From a virus (lineage: Duplodnaviria > Caudoviricetes): a stretch of DNA of 64,000 nt. Under the pieces are notes generated by a model. The model searched no databases and was not told the origin of the DNA. It saw nothing but the letters and a program-made list of their open reading frames with translations. How positions within the stretch are numbered: position 1 is the stretch's first letter; each line of letters opens with the position of its first letter. The position numbers were made by a program, and so were the translations under genes. Where the stretch lies: positions 32,001 through 96,000 of IMG/VR virus record IMGVR_UViG_2767802067_000002; one strand, written 5' to 3'. Below are positions 46,484 to 55,811 of this stretch, piece after piece.

Positions 46484-47014
46484 ATGCCGACCGATCACGC
46501 CACCACCGCCCCGCCGTACGAGCCCAGCGCCGCCCTGACCGGCGCGCTCAAGGCGTGGCACGACTCCGTCGAGGAGGAGGAGCGGCTTCGCCATGCCGCC
46601 CGCAAGGCCGTCGCCGACGACCTCCGCGAGTACCGCATCCCCGTGGCCGAGATCGCCGAGCACGTCCCGTGGACCACCGCGACGATCCACGGCATCACCA
46701 ACGAGTACGGCGTCGGCGACCTCATCCGCAGCAACGCCCCTGGCCACGCCGACCGCCCGAAGTACAAGCCCAGCCCCGCGCTGGCCGCCGCGCTCAAGGC
46801 GTGGGCTCAGTCCGTCACGGACGAGGAGATCGCGCGCAAGACCGCCCGCGAGGCCGTCGCCGACGACCTCAAGGCGTCGATGATCTCCAACTCGGAGATG
46901 GCCGAGCACGTCCCGTGGACCGAGGAGACCGTGCGCGTCATCGCCAAGGAGTACGGCGTCCCGGGCGGGCGCCGCCGCAAGACGCGGACGCTGCGCTCCA
47001 AGCTCGCCGGCTGA
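46484..47014 (+). CDS. Tandem-duplicated HTH regulator (candidate repressor of class 2 promoters)
   Basis: Two copies of Y.PS.AL..ALKAW..SV..EE..R..AR.AVADDL...E.AEHVPWT..T...I..EYGV; divergent from a class 2 cassette. Confidence 0.75.
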   Translation: MPTDHATTAPPYEPSAALTGALKAWHDSVEEEERLRHAARKAVADDLREYRIPVAEIAEHVPWTTATIHGITNEYGVGDLIRSNAPGHADRPKYKPSPALAAALKAWAQSVTDEEIARKTAREAVADDLKASMISNSEMAEHVPWTEETVRVIAKEYGVPGGRRRKTRTLRSKLAG

Positions 47015-47025
47015 CCCCGGGCAGC

Positions 47026-47068
47026 ACGAAGGGCCGTACCCCTAACCGTTAGGGGTGCGGCCCTTCGT
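47026..47068. terminator. Bidirectional hairpin terminator
   Basis: 20-bp stem between convergent genes. Confidence 0.75.
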
Positions 47069-47089
47069 CGCGACCGGCGCGGCCCGCGG

Positions 47090-47329
47090 TCAGCCGAAGA
47101 CGTGGTGCCAGACCCAGGAGGCGGCGAGGAGCGCGACGACCGCGAGGACGGCCTTCCACTCCTGGGAGGTCTGCGGGAGGAACGGCTCGTTCGCGACCAG
47201 GCACTCGCCGTCCGGGAAGTCGCCGCCGTGGGCGCGGGCCCGGTGCTCGGCGCCGTGCTCCCGGGCTCCGGCGGCCGTCAGGAACGCGCGTGACGTGAGA
47301 CCGCACTTCTCGCAGCGGTAGGCCGGCAT
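47090..47329 (-). CDS. Small Zn-binding membrane protein
   Basis: YRCEKC...H...H and a C-terminal TM helix; GGGGAG RBS. Confidence 0.6.
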   Translation of the reverse strand: MPAYRCEKCGLTSRAFLTAAGAREHGAEHRARAHGGDFPDGECLVANEPFLPQTSQEWKAVLAVVALLAASWVWHHVFG

Positions 47330-47559
47330 TGCTGCTCCCCCCTTCTCCGGGGCGTGATCACTCCGTGTGACTCCACGATAGCGCGCTGCGCAAGAGGGAA
47401 GGGGCGCTCTGGCCGCGAGAGCTGAGGCCGGAGCGCCCCTTCCGGGGTGGTCGCCGGGGTGGTCGCCGGGCAACCGGAGGCGGTTGATGCCGTCAACCGG
47501 CAACGGTAGATGCGCAGGTCAGGGGCCATGGTCGATGGGGCAACCGGGTCCGATCGGGC

Positions 47560-48828
47560 TCACGCGACCTGGTCGGGGGAGGGGCCCTTGACGAGGTGCA
47601 GAATCCGGGCCATCGCGGGCTGCTCGGCGGCCGGGACGGGGGCCTCTGCGAGGGGTGCCGCGGGGGCCGGGACGGGGGCCTCTGCCGGGGGTGCCGCGGG
47701 GGCCGAGACCGGGGGCGCGGCAGGGGCCGGGGCGGGGGCCACGGGGGCGGCCGGAACGGGGGCCGGGGCGGGGGCCACGGGGGCGGCCGGAGGGGCTGCG
47801 GGGGCGGCCGGGGCGGGTGCCCCGGGGGCGGCCTGGGCGGGTGCCCCGGGGGCCGGCGGGACGGCGGCCCGAGCGGCCACCTGCTCGGGCCAGAAGGAGG
47901 TGCCGATGAGGTGCGGCCCGGGGGCGTCGGCGAACATGGCCAGACACTCCTCCGGGGACCGGCTGAGGGCGCGCTTCAAGGCGTCGATGTGGATGCCCCA
48001 GGTGTTGCCGAACCCGCGGATCTGCATCTTCTGGACGGGGATGCGGTAGCGGGCGAGGACCATGCGCAGCAGGGAGACGTCCCACCCTGGGGGCATGGCC
48101 TCGACCAGGGCGGAGAGGTGCACGCCCTTCCGGCCGGCCGCGACGGCGGCCAGGACCTCGGAGAGGGCGTGCCGCATCAGGGCCTCCTCGGCCTGCGCGA
48201 AGGTGAGGGCCGGGACCGCGGGGGAGTGGCACTCCCCCGCCGCTTCATGATCGTTTTCGGCGTCGGCCTCCTCCTCGTCGTAGTACTCCCACTCCCCGTC
48301 CTCGTCGCCCTCCGCGTCTTCCTCGGTGTCCTCCTCCTCGGCCTCCTCCTCCTCGTCCTCCTCGGCAGCCCGGGTGCGCGGCTGGCTCAGGCTGACGCCG
48401 GCGGCGGCGAGGTACCAGGCGACGATCAGCACGCCGATGATGTAGCCGTGCCAGGGAGTGAGGAGCGCCCAGAGGAGGCCGCCGAACGCGCCGCCGGTGC
48501 CGACCGCGGCGGCGACGCACAGCGCGGCGATCCCCAGGCCCTCCAGGGTGTCGGCGATGGACTTCCCCTTCGCCTTCGCCTTGCCCTTTCCCTTGGCGGC
48601 CTTCGTCTTCGGCTTGCCCTCCTCCCCGTCCTCCTCCTCGGCCGGCTTGTCCTCCTGCTGCATGTTGGCCGCGGCCCGGAGCGCGCGGATCAGGAGCAGC
48701 AGGAGCAGCTTGGCCAGGACGACGGAGCCGCGGAGAACGGCGATCGGGCCGAGGGCCCGGAGGACGGCGCGGGCGTCGAGCTCGTCCTCCGGTGCAGCCT
48801 CGGTGGTGGTGGTCTCCCCCTTCGTCAT
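47560..48828 (-). CDS. Membrane protein of the transfer/spread region
   Basis: TM helices, acidic tract, GVHL..L domain, Pro/Ala tail. Confidence 0.6.
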   Translation of the reverse strand: MTKGETTTTEAAPEDELDARAVLRALGPIAVLRGSVVLAKLLLLLLIRALRAAANMQQEDKPAEEEDGEEGKPKTKAAKGKGKAKAKGKSIADTLEGLGIAALCVAAAVGTGGAFGGLLWALLTPWHGYIIGVLIVAWYLAAAGVSLSQPRTRAAEEDEEEEAEEEDTEEDAEGDEDGEWEYYDEEEADAENDHEAAGECHSPAVPALTFAQAEEALMRHALSEVLAAVAAGRKGVHLSALVEAMPPGWDVSLLRMVLARYRIPVQKMQIRGFGNTWGIHIDALKRALSRSPEECLAMFADAPGPHLIGTSFWPEQVAARAAVPPAPGAPAQAAPGAPAPAAPAAPPAAPVAPAPAPVPAAPVAPAPAPAAPPVSAPAAPPAEAPVPAPAAPLAEAPVPAAEQPAMARILHLVKGPSPDQVA

Positions 48829-48831
48829 GGG

Positions 48832-49242
48832 TCAGCCCAGCTTTCCGGACATCTTGATGATCGCGTTCACGGCCGTGCCGCCGAGGCCACCGGCGGCTTG
48901 GGCCGAGACGGCCATGCTGATGCCGAGGACGGCAGGGACGATCATCTTCTTCCACTTGAAGCAGAGCGCGGTGATCCCGAGGCACAGGACGACGCCACCG
49001 GGCCCGACGTTGCCGACCCCGCCGTCTCCGAACACGGAGGAGGGGATCTCGTTGACGTTGTTGGCGAAGTCCAGCCACATGCTCCCCGCGGCGATCCAGA
49101 GACTCCCGGTGACGAAGCCAAGGCCGGTAGCCGTGTCCCGCTTGAGGCTGATCCGGTCGCTACCGCGCAGTCCGGCGATGAGTGCGAGGGAGGACCCGGC
49201 GGCGAAGCCGGTGGAGGTGATCGCGCCGATCATCTGGCTCAT
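48832..49242 (-). CDS. Small multi-TM protein of the spread region
   Basis: GAAAGG RBS; hydrophobic and Gly-rich. Confidence 0.65.
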   Translation of the reverse strand: MSQMIGAITSTGFAAGSSLALIAGLRGSDRISLKRDTATGLGFVTGSLWIAAGSMWLDFANNVNEIPSSVFGDGGVGNVGPGGVVLCLGITALCFKWKKMIVPAVLGISMAVSAQAAGGLGGTAVNAIIKMSGKLG

Positions 49243-49256
49243 GGTGCGGGTGCCTT

Positions 49257-50576
49257 TCAGAGGGTGGGGCCGGGGGCGTACAGGAGGGTGGCGACGGCGG
49301 CCGTGGCGAGGGGGATGCGGAGGATGAAGCGGACCAGGGCGCCGCGGTGACGGACCCTCCGGTCCACCAGGAAGTACAGGCCGCCGTTGACGATCCCGGC
49401 GGTGAGGATCAGGGAGACGGCGTTGGGGCCCAGGCCCCATTCGGTGCCGTACTGGTTGACCCAGCGGACGCCGACCGGGGCGAGGTTGCGGGCGAGCTCC
49501 CCTGCGGCGAGGGTGCCGACGAACCGGGCGATGAACGGGTACGGGAGGACGTGCTGCACGGCCTGGTGGCCGAGGAGCTTCCACGCGCCGTACCAGCCGG
49601 CCAGGTTGAAGGCGAGGCCGAAGGTGCCGACGATGCCGTGCTCGGCGGCGGGCATGAAGCCGGAGACGTAGTCGGAGCCGCCGACGCCGTAGCCGATCGC
49701 GGCGGCGGCGCCGTTGAACAGCACGAACCGCGTGCGCTTGTCCTTCGGCTTCCAGCTGCCGCCCGTCTTCGACTCGGACTTCGCGGCCGGGGCGGCGGGG
49801 GCGCCGGCGGTCGGGGGCTGGCTCGGCTTCGGCGGGACGGGCGCGCCCGGGGCCTGGCCTCCGTCCGGGGGCGCCGGGGTGGCGGAGGGGGCGTTCTTCG
49901 CGAACGCCTTCACCTTGACGGAGGACCACCAGGGGAAGACGGCCTCCGGCTCCTGCTGCTCCTCCTCGGGCTCCTCGTCGTCGTCCGGCTCCGGCTCCGG
50001 GGCGGGGGCGGGGGCGGGGGCGGGCTCCGGCTCGGGCTGCGGGGTCAGGTCGACGGTCTCCCCCGGGCGCGGGTACCGGCCGCCGCCGACGATGTGCCCC
50101 TCGGGAAGGTCGTACTTCTGGGTGCGCACCTCGGCGGGCGGCTCGGTGGGCTGCGCCGGGATGACCGGGGCCGGGGCCGCCGGGGGCTCCTCCTCAACGG
50201 CGGCCGGCTCGGCGGCCTCCTCTTCGGCGGGCTGAGCCGGGACCGCGGGCAACTCGGCGGGCTGAGCCGGGACCGCGGGCAACTCGGCGGGCTGCGCCGG
50301 GATGGCCGGGGCCGCCGAGGGCTCGGGGTCGACCACGATCATCGGGCCGAAGGCGTCGCCGACGGCGTCGTGGAAGGCGTCCGTCGCGTCGGCCGCCACC
50401 ATGCTGGTCAGCAGGGCATCGACCTCGATCGGGACGGCCCGGGCCGTCCCGACGGCCTGCTCGACGACCGTAGCCGCAGCCTCGACGACGGCCAGGTCCG
50501 CGGCGGCGTCCGCCGCGTCGTCCTCGGCCATCCCGGCGAGCAGGTCGTTCACGTCGCTGGGCGGGGTGGCGCTCAT
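49257..50576 (-). CDS. Pro-rich protein with C-terminal TM helices (spread region)
   Basis: PAQPAELPAV repeats; about 4 TM segments. Confidence 0.65.
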   Translation of the reverse strand: MSATPPSDVNDLLAGMAEDDAADAAADLAVVEAAATVVEQAVGTARAVPIEVDALLTSMVAADATDAFHDAVGDAFGPMIVVDPEPSAAPAIPAQPAELPAVPAQPAELPAVPAQPAEEEAAEPAAVEEEPPAAPAPVIPAQPTEPPAEVRTQKYDLPEGHIVGGGRYPRPGETVDLTPQPEPEPAPAPAPAPEPEPDDDEEPEEEQQEPEAVFPWWSSVKVKAFAKNAPSATPAPPDGGQAPGAPVPPKPSQPPTAGAPAAPAAKSESKTGGSWKPKDKRTRFVLFNGAAAAIGYGVGGSDYVSGFMPAAEHGIVGTFGLAFNLAGWYGAWKLLGHQAVQHVLPYPFIARFVGTLAAGELARNLAPVGVRWVNQYGTEWGLGPNAVSLILTAGIVNGGLYFLVDRRVRHRGALVRFILRIPLATAAVATLLYAPGPTL

Positions 50577-51745
50577 GCCGTCTTGCTCCTCTTCTTCGGA
50601 GTCGGGTTCTCGATCCGGCGGCGGGTGCGCGGCACGGTCTCGGCGTAGGTCCGGCTGGGGCCGTGGACGCTGGCGACGTGCGCGATCAGGTCGTCGTCGC
50701 TGATGGCCGGGTTGACCGCGAGGGCGGCGCGGATGGTAGCCGCGACGGACGGGGTCCCGCCGACGGCCTGGAGGGGCGGTGCGGCCGGGGCCGGCTGCGG
50801 CGCGGGCGCGGCCGGGGCGGGCGGGGCCGCCGGAGCGGCGGGCGCGGCCGGGGCAGCGACCGAAGCGACCGGCGCCGGAACCTGCGCGGCCGGAACGGGC
50901 GGAACGGGCGGGGCGGGCGGCGCGGGCACCGGAGCCGGAGCGGCGGGCGCCGCCGGTGCCGGGATGGCCGGTGCCGGGACGGGCTGGAGCTCGGGCTGCG
51001 CCGGGATCGGCGCGGCCTCGAGTACCGCCGGTGCGGCAGCCGGGAGCTCCGGCGCCGGGGCGGGCCGGGGCGGCTCGATGGCCCGCGCGGCCTCCGGGCC
51101 GTAGACCGCGGCCAGGTACGCCTGGACGCCGTCGAGGCGCTGCTGCTCCCCCAGCACGACCCGGTTGACGGCCAGCTCCTCGCGCTTCTGCTGGAGGAAG
51201 GAAGCGGCGCCCTCACCGAGCGGCACCGCGAACATCCGCATCACCACCAGCCACATCCCCTTCGCGAGGATGCTGACGCCGCCGCCGATCACCCCGGCCG
51301 CGACCTTCTCCTTGCCCACGCCGTGGGTGATGACCGAGGCGACGACGACCGCCAGCGCGAGGAAGCCGCCGACCATCGCCGGCTTCGCACGCGCAGGGTC
51401 GTAGCGCAGCAGCCACTCGATCACCTGGAGACCGATCCACGTCAGCTCGAAGAGAGCCGCCGCGCCGTAGGCGATCCAAGGCGTCACCACCCCGGACAAC
51501 TGGTCGCCGATGCTCGCCGTCGACCAGGCCACCGACACGGCGGTCATACCGACCGCGAGGCCGACGACCGCCCGCAGCCCGATCGCGTCGAAGTTGCGCG
51601 GCGGTACCGGCTCCCACTCCTGGTAGGTCTGCGGGGTGAGCCGGGTCTCGCCGCCGATCGTCGTCTCGACCATCCGCTGCCGGGTCACCAAGCGGTACTT
51701 CACGCCAGGGACGCGGGGCTGCTCGGTCGGGGTCTCGGTCGTCAT
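50573..51745 (-). CDS. SpdB-like spread protein
   Basis: Four TM helices (AWSTASIG...AALFELTW), coiled coil, Pro/Ala linker and C-terminal helical domain, as in Streptomyces plasmid Spd proteins. Confidence 0.65.
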   Translation of the reverse strand: MTTETPTEQPRVPGVKYRLVTRQRMVETTIGGETRLTPQTYQEWEPVPPRNFDAIGLRAVVGLAVGMTAVSVAWSTASIGDQLSGVVTPWIAYGAAALFELTWIGLQVIEWLLRYDPARAKPAMVGGFLALAVVVASVITHGVGKEKVAAGVIGGGVSILAKGMWLVVMRMFAVPLGEGAASFLQQKREELAVNRVVLGEQQRLDGVQAYLAAVYGPEAARAIEPPRPAPAPELPAAAPAVLEAAPIPAQPELQPVPAPAIPAPAAPAAPAPVPAPPAPPVPPVPAAQVPAPVASVAAPAAPAAPAAPPAPAAPAPQPAPAAPPLQAVGGTPSVAATIRAALAVNPAISDDDLIAHVASVHGPSRTYAETVPRTRRRIENPTPKKRSKTA

Positions 51746-51838
51746 GCTGCTGCGCCCTTCGCGCTCGGTCCTACAGGGTGCGGCCGGGCCCACGGGGGTG
51801 GGCCCGGCCGGTGAACAGGGCGGGCAGGCCGGGAAGCG

Positions 51839-52060
51839 CTACCGGCCGCCGAAGCGGCGCTGCTCGCCCGCCTGGTGCGCCGCGCGACCCGCGCGGTCCG
51901 CCGCGCCGACCGCCTTGGAGCGGCGCCGGTTCTCCTTGGTCTCCCGCGCCTGGCGCTTCTCGCGGTCCTTCCGGGTGGCCCGGTCGGAGGCGGACTCACG
52001 GCCGGAGTAGGCGGTGGCCGCGGTCTCGCCGTCGTTGCCGCCGAACAGCCAGTCGAGCAT
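51839..52060 (-). CDS. Small basic plasmid/AICE protein
   Basis: MLDWLFGGND...YSGRESASDRA pattern, typical of Streptomyces transfer regions. Confidence 0.65.
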   Translation of the reverse strand: MLDWLFGGNDGETAATAYSGRESASDRATRKDREKRQARETKENRRRSKAVGAADRAGRAAHQAGEQRRFGGR

Positions 52061-52218
52061 CAGAGACCCACCGATCCGGCGGCCTCGTTGCCGTGGCTCT
52101 GCGCGCCAGCGAGCTGATCGCGCGCGTCCACCGACCGCTGCTCGCGCTGCTCAGGGGTGCCGTACGCCTGACGGGCGAGCTCGTGCTCGCGGGCCGCGCC
52201 CTCGGTGATGTCCGCCAT
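52060..52218 (-). CDS. Small hypothetical protein
   Basis: Overlaps both neighbours by TGATG; GGAGG RBS. Confidence 0.5.
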   Translation of the reverse strand: MADITEGAAREHELARQAYGTPEQREQRSVDARDQLAGAQSHGNEAAGSVGL

Positions 52219-52667
52219 CAGGCCGCCACCTCCGCGCGCGGGCCCTTCGAGCCACCGGGGGCGGGCTGGTCCTTCGGACCGCGCGGGCCCTCCGCCAAGT
52301 CCTCCGGGCCCTTCGCCGGCTGCTCCTTGCGCGGGTGCGGGAACCCGGGGATCGACGGGATCACCGGCTCGTTGTCCGCCTCGGTCCACTCGTAGCCGGC
52401 CGCGCGGGCCGCCTTGAGGAGAACCAGCGCGTACTCGCCGCGGGTGATGCCGCCCGTGATCTCCGGGAGGAGACGGAGGGCGATCTGCGCGAGCAGCCCG
52501 GCCTCCGCCTCGGCGTCGACCGCCTTGTACGCCTCGGCGAACAGCAGGCCGTACACCGAGCCGCCCAGCGCGGCACCCGGGTACGCGGTGCGCAGCGTCT
52601 CGGCGACGCGCGCCAGAACGGCACCGGCCGCCTCTTCGGGGGGCGTGATCACATCGGTAAGGTTCAT
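52218..52667 (-). CDS. Hypothetical plasmid/AICE protein
   Basis: AGGAG RBS; TRGEYALVL motif; first gene of the spread operon. Confidence 0.6.
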   Translation of the reverse strand: MNLTDVITPPEEAAGAVLARVAETLRTAYPGAALGGSVYGLLFAEAYKAVDAEAEAGLLAQIALRLLPEITGGITRGEYALVLLKAARAAGYEWTEADNEPVIPSIPGFPHPRKEQPAKGPEDLAEGPRGPKDQPAPGGSKGPRAEVAA

Positions 52668-52705
52668 GCGTCTGCTCCTGGTGACTCAGGGGTGGACGTC
52701 CCGGC

Positions 52706-52802
52706 CCGTGTGCAACCACGGGGCGGGGTTGTTAGGCGCTGCCCGGTGTGCAACCACCGGGCAGCGTCGTTTTCAGCGACCCTGGCCTCCGTGTGCAACC
52801 AC
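52706..52802. promoter_or_regulatory. Triple repeat GTGTGCAACCAC in the divergent promoter region
   Basis: Copies at 52708, 52746 and 52791, each with short inverted flanks. Confidence 0.65.
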
Positions 52803-52882
52803 GTCGGCCGGGGTGACCGCTGATGAGTACGAGACTACCCACCTGCTTGCGCTGGCGCAAGCAGGTCTGAGAGGATGGAGCC

Positions 52883-53200
52883 GTGTCCGACTCCCCGAAC
52901 GAGCGTCAAGCCGGGGCCGAAGAGGCGCAGTTGAAGCTCTGCACCATCCCGGAGATGCCCGATCTCCTGGCGGAGGCCGGTCTCAAGCGCCTGACCGAGG
53001 CGCGCATCCGGCAGCTTGCCGCCACCCCCGAGTTCCCTGGCCCCGTCTGGGAGCGGGGCAACCTGCGCCTGTTCAACTGGCCCCCAGTGCTCGAGTACTT
53101 CCGCGAGCGCAAGCTGCGCCCCGGGGAGCGGACTGACCTCAAGCGAGATCAGGAGGCTCCCCCCAGCGATGAGCACCACGACAAGGCAGGACCCCAGTAG
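52883..53200 (+). CDS. Excisionase/AlpA-like HTH regulator
   Basis: LTEARIRQLA..PEFPGPV...RLFNW..V..YF; divergent from the spread operon. Confidence 0.65.
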   Translation: MSDSPNERQAGAEEAQLKLCTIPEMPDLLAEAGLKRLTEARIRQLAATPEFPGPVWERGNLRLFNWPPVLEYFRERKLRPGERTDLKRDQEAPPSDEHHDKAGPQ

Positions 53201-53798
53201 CGAGACGAGGCGCGCGGCGGTGTACCGGCTGTACGCCGCCGACGGCGCGCTGCTCTACATCGGCTCCTCGTACGACCCCGAAGGACGCTGCAAGGGCCAC
53301 CAGCGCACAGCGTGGTGGCCCTTGGTCGAGCGCCGCACGGACGAGTGGTACGACAGCCGTGACATCGCGTACGGGGAGGAGCGCCGCGCGATCAAGGAGG
53401 AGAACCCGGCGTACAACTTCGCCTGCACCGACCAGCACACCGGCCCGGCGCAGGTCCAGGTCGTGCGCCAGGCCGGGGCCGCCGAGGAAGAGGCGCAGCG
53501 CTTCATGGCCGCCGTAGAAGTCCTCAAGCAGATGAAGGACCCGGCGGCGCAGGCACGCGCCATCACCCAGGTCTTGCAGGCCCAGCCCGGCGCAGTGAAG
53601 GCCCTCAAGGGGATTCGGCGCGAGTACGTCCTCAGGCAGCGCGCCGCCAAGATCACGTTCCGGGCCATCGCGGCCGACCTCGGCGTCTCCGTCGGCACCG
53701 TCCAGGACATCGTGCGCGGCTACTCCGGCTCGTACCAGGACCGGCCCCGCACGGGGGCCGGGAAGGTGTCGGCGTCCGAGACGCCGCCGTCCAAGTAG
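53169..53798 (+). CDS. GIY-YIG nuclease-like domain fused to HTH
   Basis: AVYRLY...LLYIGSS..PEGR...H...E..AIKEENPAYN; C-terminus TFRAIAADLGVSVGTVQDI. Confidence 0.8.
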   Translation: MSTTTRQDPSSETRRAAVYRLYAADGALLYIGSSYDPEGRCKGHQRTAWWPLVERRTDEWYDSRDIAYGEERRAIKEENPAYNFACTDQHTGPAQVQVVRQAGAAEEEAQRFMAAVEVLKQMKDPAAQARAITQVLQAQPGAVKALKGIRREYVLRQRAAKITFRAIAADLGVSVGTVQDIVRGYSGSYQDRPRTGAGKVSASETPPSK

Positions 53799-53898
53799 TT
53801 CACCACCTCGGCGGCGTCGACGCCGCCCGGCGCGGCCCCGGCATGCCCAGTGGCCGCTACCCTCTGCACCCACCTCAGCACAGAGAGCAGGTTCCACC

Positions 53899-54402
53899 AT
53901 GCGCAGGATCACCGCCGCGGTGCTCGCGGCCGCCGTCTCCGTCGGTCTGCTGGCCGGCTGCAACGGCGCGAAGCCGAGCAAGTCGAAGCCGTCGTCGTCC
54001 GCGTCGAAGAAGGCGAAGCCGGCGCCGTCGAAGTCGAAGGCGAAGTCGAAGGCGAAGTCGAAGGCGAAGCGGGCGTTCAAGCCCGGGGAGGTCGGCGATG
54101 ACGACGGGTTCGCCTCGGTGGTGTCGGCCGGGTACCAGGATCATGCGGTGTGGGGGGCGCACGCCTACGTCGTGCAGTGGTCGATCACGTCGACGGACGA
54201 CGACACCGAGTCGTACATGGCGAAGCTGACGTTCGCCGATCGGGACGGGAACACGCTCGGCAGCACGGCCGTGACCGCCTTGGACTTGGCGGCGGGTGCG
54301 ACCGCGGAGGGCGAGACGGCGCCGCTGGGTGCGGAGATCCAGTCGGGCCGGGCCGGGGACATCGTCTCGGTGCGGGTGACGCACATCGAGGAGCTGACCT
54401 GA
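53899..54402 (+). CDS. Lipoprotein
   Basis: Signal peptide with LLAGC lipobox, SKAK linker, beta-sandwich-like C-terminus. Confidence 0.75.
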   Translation: MRRITAAVLAAAVSVGLLAGCNGAKPSKSKPSSSASKKAKPAPSKSKAKSKAKSKAKRAFKPGEVGDDDGFASVVSAGYQDHAVWGAHAYVVQWSITSTDDDTESYMAKLTFADRDGNTLGSTAVTALDLAAGATAEGETAPLGAEIQSGRAGDIVSVRVTHIEELT

Positions 54403-54713
54403 CGTGGATGTCGACTGGGTGGAGGTGGTCTGTGCTGGCCGGCGGCGGGTGCTGTCCGGTGCGTCTGGTGAGGCGGTGGACGAGGTAGCGGCGCTGGTGC
54501 AGGGCCTTGCTGGTGGTCGCGGCCCGGGCGGCGTGGACGGCCGCCCGGGCGGTACGGCCCAACCGGCTGGGGAGAGTACCTGATCCGGCCGTCCATGCAT
54601 TCGAGAGTGGCCCCTGCCCTTCTGGGCGGGGGCCACTGGCGTTTCCGTCGCGGGGTGTCCGCGCTGGTCGGGGCGGGCTCCGGGTGTGCTGGGCGGCCCT
54701 AGACTGATCACTC

Positions 54714-55250
54714 ATGAGCAATGACCGGGACGCCCTGCTGGCGCAGATCAAGGACAAGGCCGTCGTGCACGGCAAGGTCACCCTCTCCTCCGGCCTGGAG
54801 GCTGATTACTACGTGGACCTGCGCCGGATCACGCTGGACGCGGAGGCGGCGCCGCTGGTCGGCAAGGTGATGTTGGACGCGGCGGCGGACCTGGAGTTCG
54901 ACGCGGTGGGCGGGCTGACTCTGGGCGCGGACCCGGTGGCGGCGGCGATGCTGCACGCGGCGGCGGCGCGCGGTCGGAAGCTGGACGCGTTCGTGGTGCG
55001 GAAGGCGGGCAAGGCGCACGGGTTGCAGCGCCGGATCGAGGGCCCGGACGTGAAGGGCCGCCGGGTGCTGGCGGTGGAGGACACCTCGACGACCGGCGGT
55101 TCGGTGCTGACCGCGGTGGAGGCGCTGCGCGAGGCGGGCGCCGAGGTGGTGGGTGTCGCGGTGATCGTGGAGCGCGGCGCGGCCCCGGCGATCGCCGAGA
55201 CGGGCCTGCCGTACGTGACCGCGTACACCTTGGACGACCTGGGGCTGTGA
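54714..55250 (+). CDS. pyrE: Orotate phosphoribosyltransferase
   Basis: TLSSG..ADYYVDLR, VRK..K.HG, PRPP motif LAVEDTSTTGGS. Confidence 0.92.
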   Translation: MSNDRDALLAQIKDKAVVHGKVTLSSGLEADYYVDLRRITLDAEAAPLVGKVMLDAAADLEFDAVGGLTLGADPVAAAMLHAAAARGRKLDAFVVRKAGKAHGLQRRIEGPDVKGRRVLAVEDTSTTGGSVLTAVEALREAGAEVVGVAVIVERGAAPAIAETGLPYVTAYTLDDLGL

Positions 55251-55331
55251 GCCCGGGTCGGCGGCCCCCTCCCCTTCCGGGGTGGGGGCCGCTGTCGTGT
55301 CCGGACACTGTCCGGACGGTGTCCGTGCTGG

Positions 55332-55811
55332 TCAGGCGCGGTGTCCGGGCCCGGCGGCGACGGCGGCGGCGAGGGCGATCCATCCCTTGTGCCACGCCTG
55401 GTCGAGGAGGGCTCCGGCGCGGTGGTCGCGGGTGAGCCATCCGCCCTTCCCCGCGCGGTGGGCGGCGCGGACGAGCAGCGGGGCGTCGGGGCCGGTCTCG
55501 GCCCAGTGCCCGGCGCAGCGGTCGGCGGCGTAGTGCGTGAGCGCCGAGACGGCCAGGCCGGCGGCGGCCCGGGCCGGGCTGATGCCGAGGCCGAGGTAGC
55601 GGTTCGCGGCCCAGAGGGCGAGCGCCTGGGTGGCGGTGTAGCTGGCGACGTGGCGTGCGCAGGCGGCGGCGCCGGCCGGGCCGCGGTGGCCCTTCGCGGC
55701 GGCGTCCTCGTCCCGCTGGACCAGGTAGTCACCGATCTCGTGGGCGGCGGTCAGGGCGGCGTACGCGGCGGCGGCGCGGGTGGCCGCGGTGGTGGTGGGC
55801 TGGGCGGGCAT
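55332..55811 (-). CDS. DUF3307-like membrane protein
   Basis: HEIGDYLVQ...HV..Y...THYAADR...LDQAWH. Confidence 0.7.
   Translation of the reverse strand: MPAQPTTTAATRAAAAYAALTAAHEIGDYLVQRDEDAAAKGHRGPAGAAACARHVASYTATQALALWAANRYLGLGISPARAAAGLAVSALTHYAADRCAGHWAETGPDAPLLVRAAHRAGKGGWLTRDHRAGALLDQAWHKGWIALAAAVAAGPGHRA

Noticed and set aside
47620-51070. Pro/Ala tandem repeats (including the 30-bp PAQPAELPAV unit near 50226-50300)
   Set aside because: Ordinary low-complexity linkers in membrane proteins.
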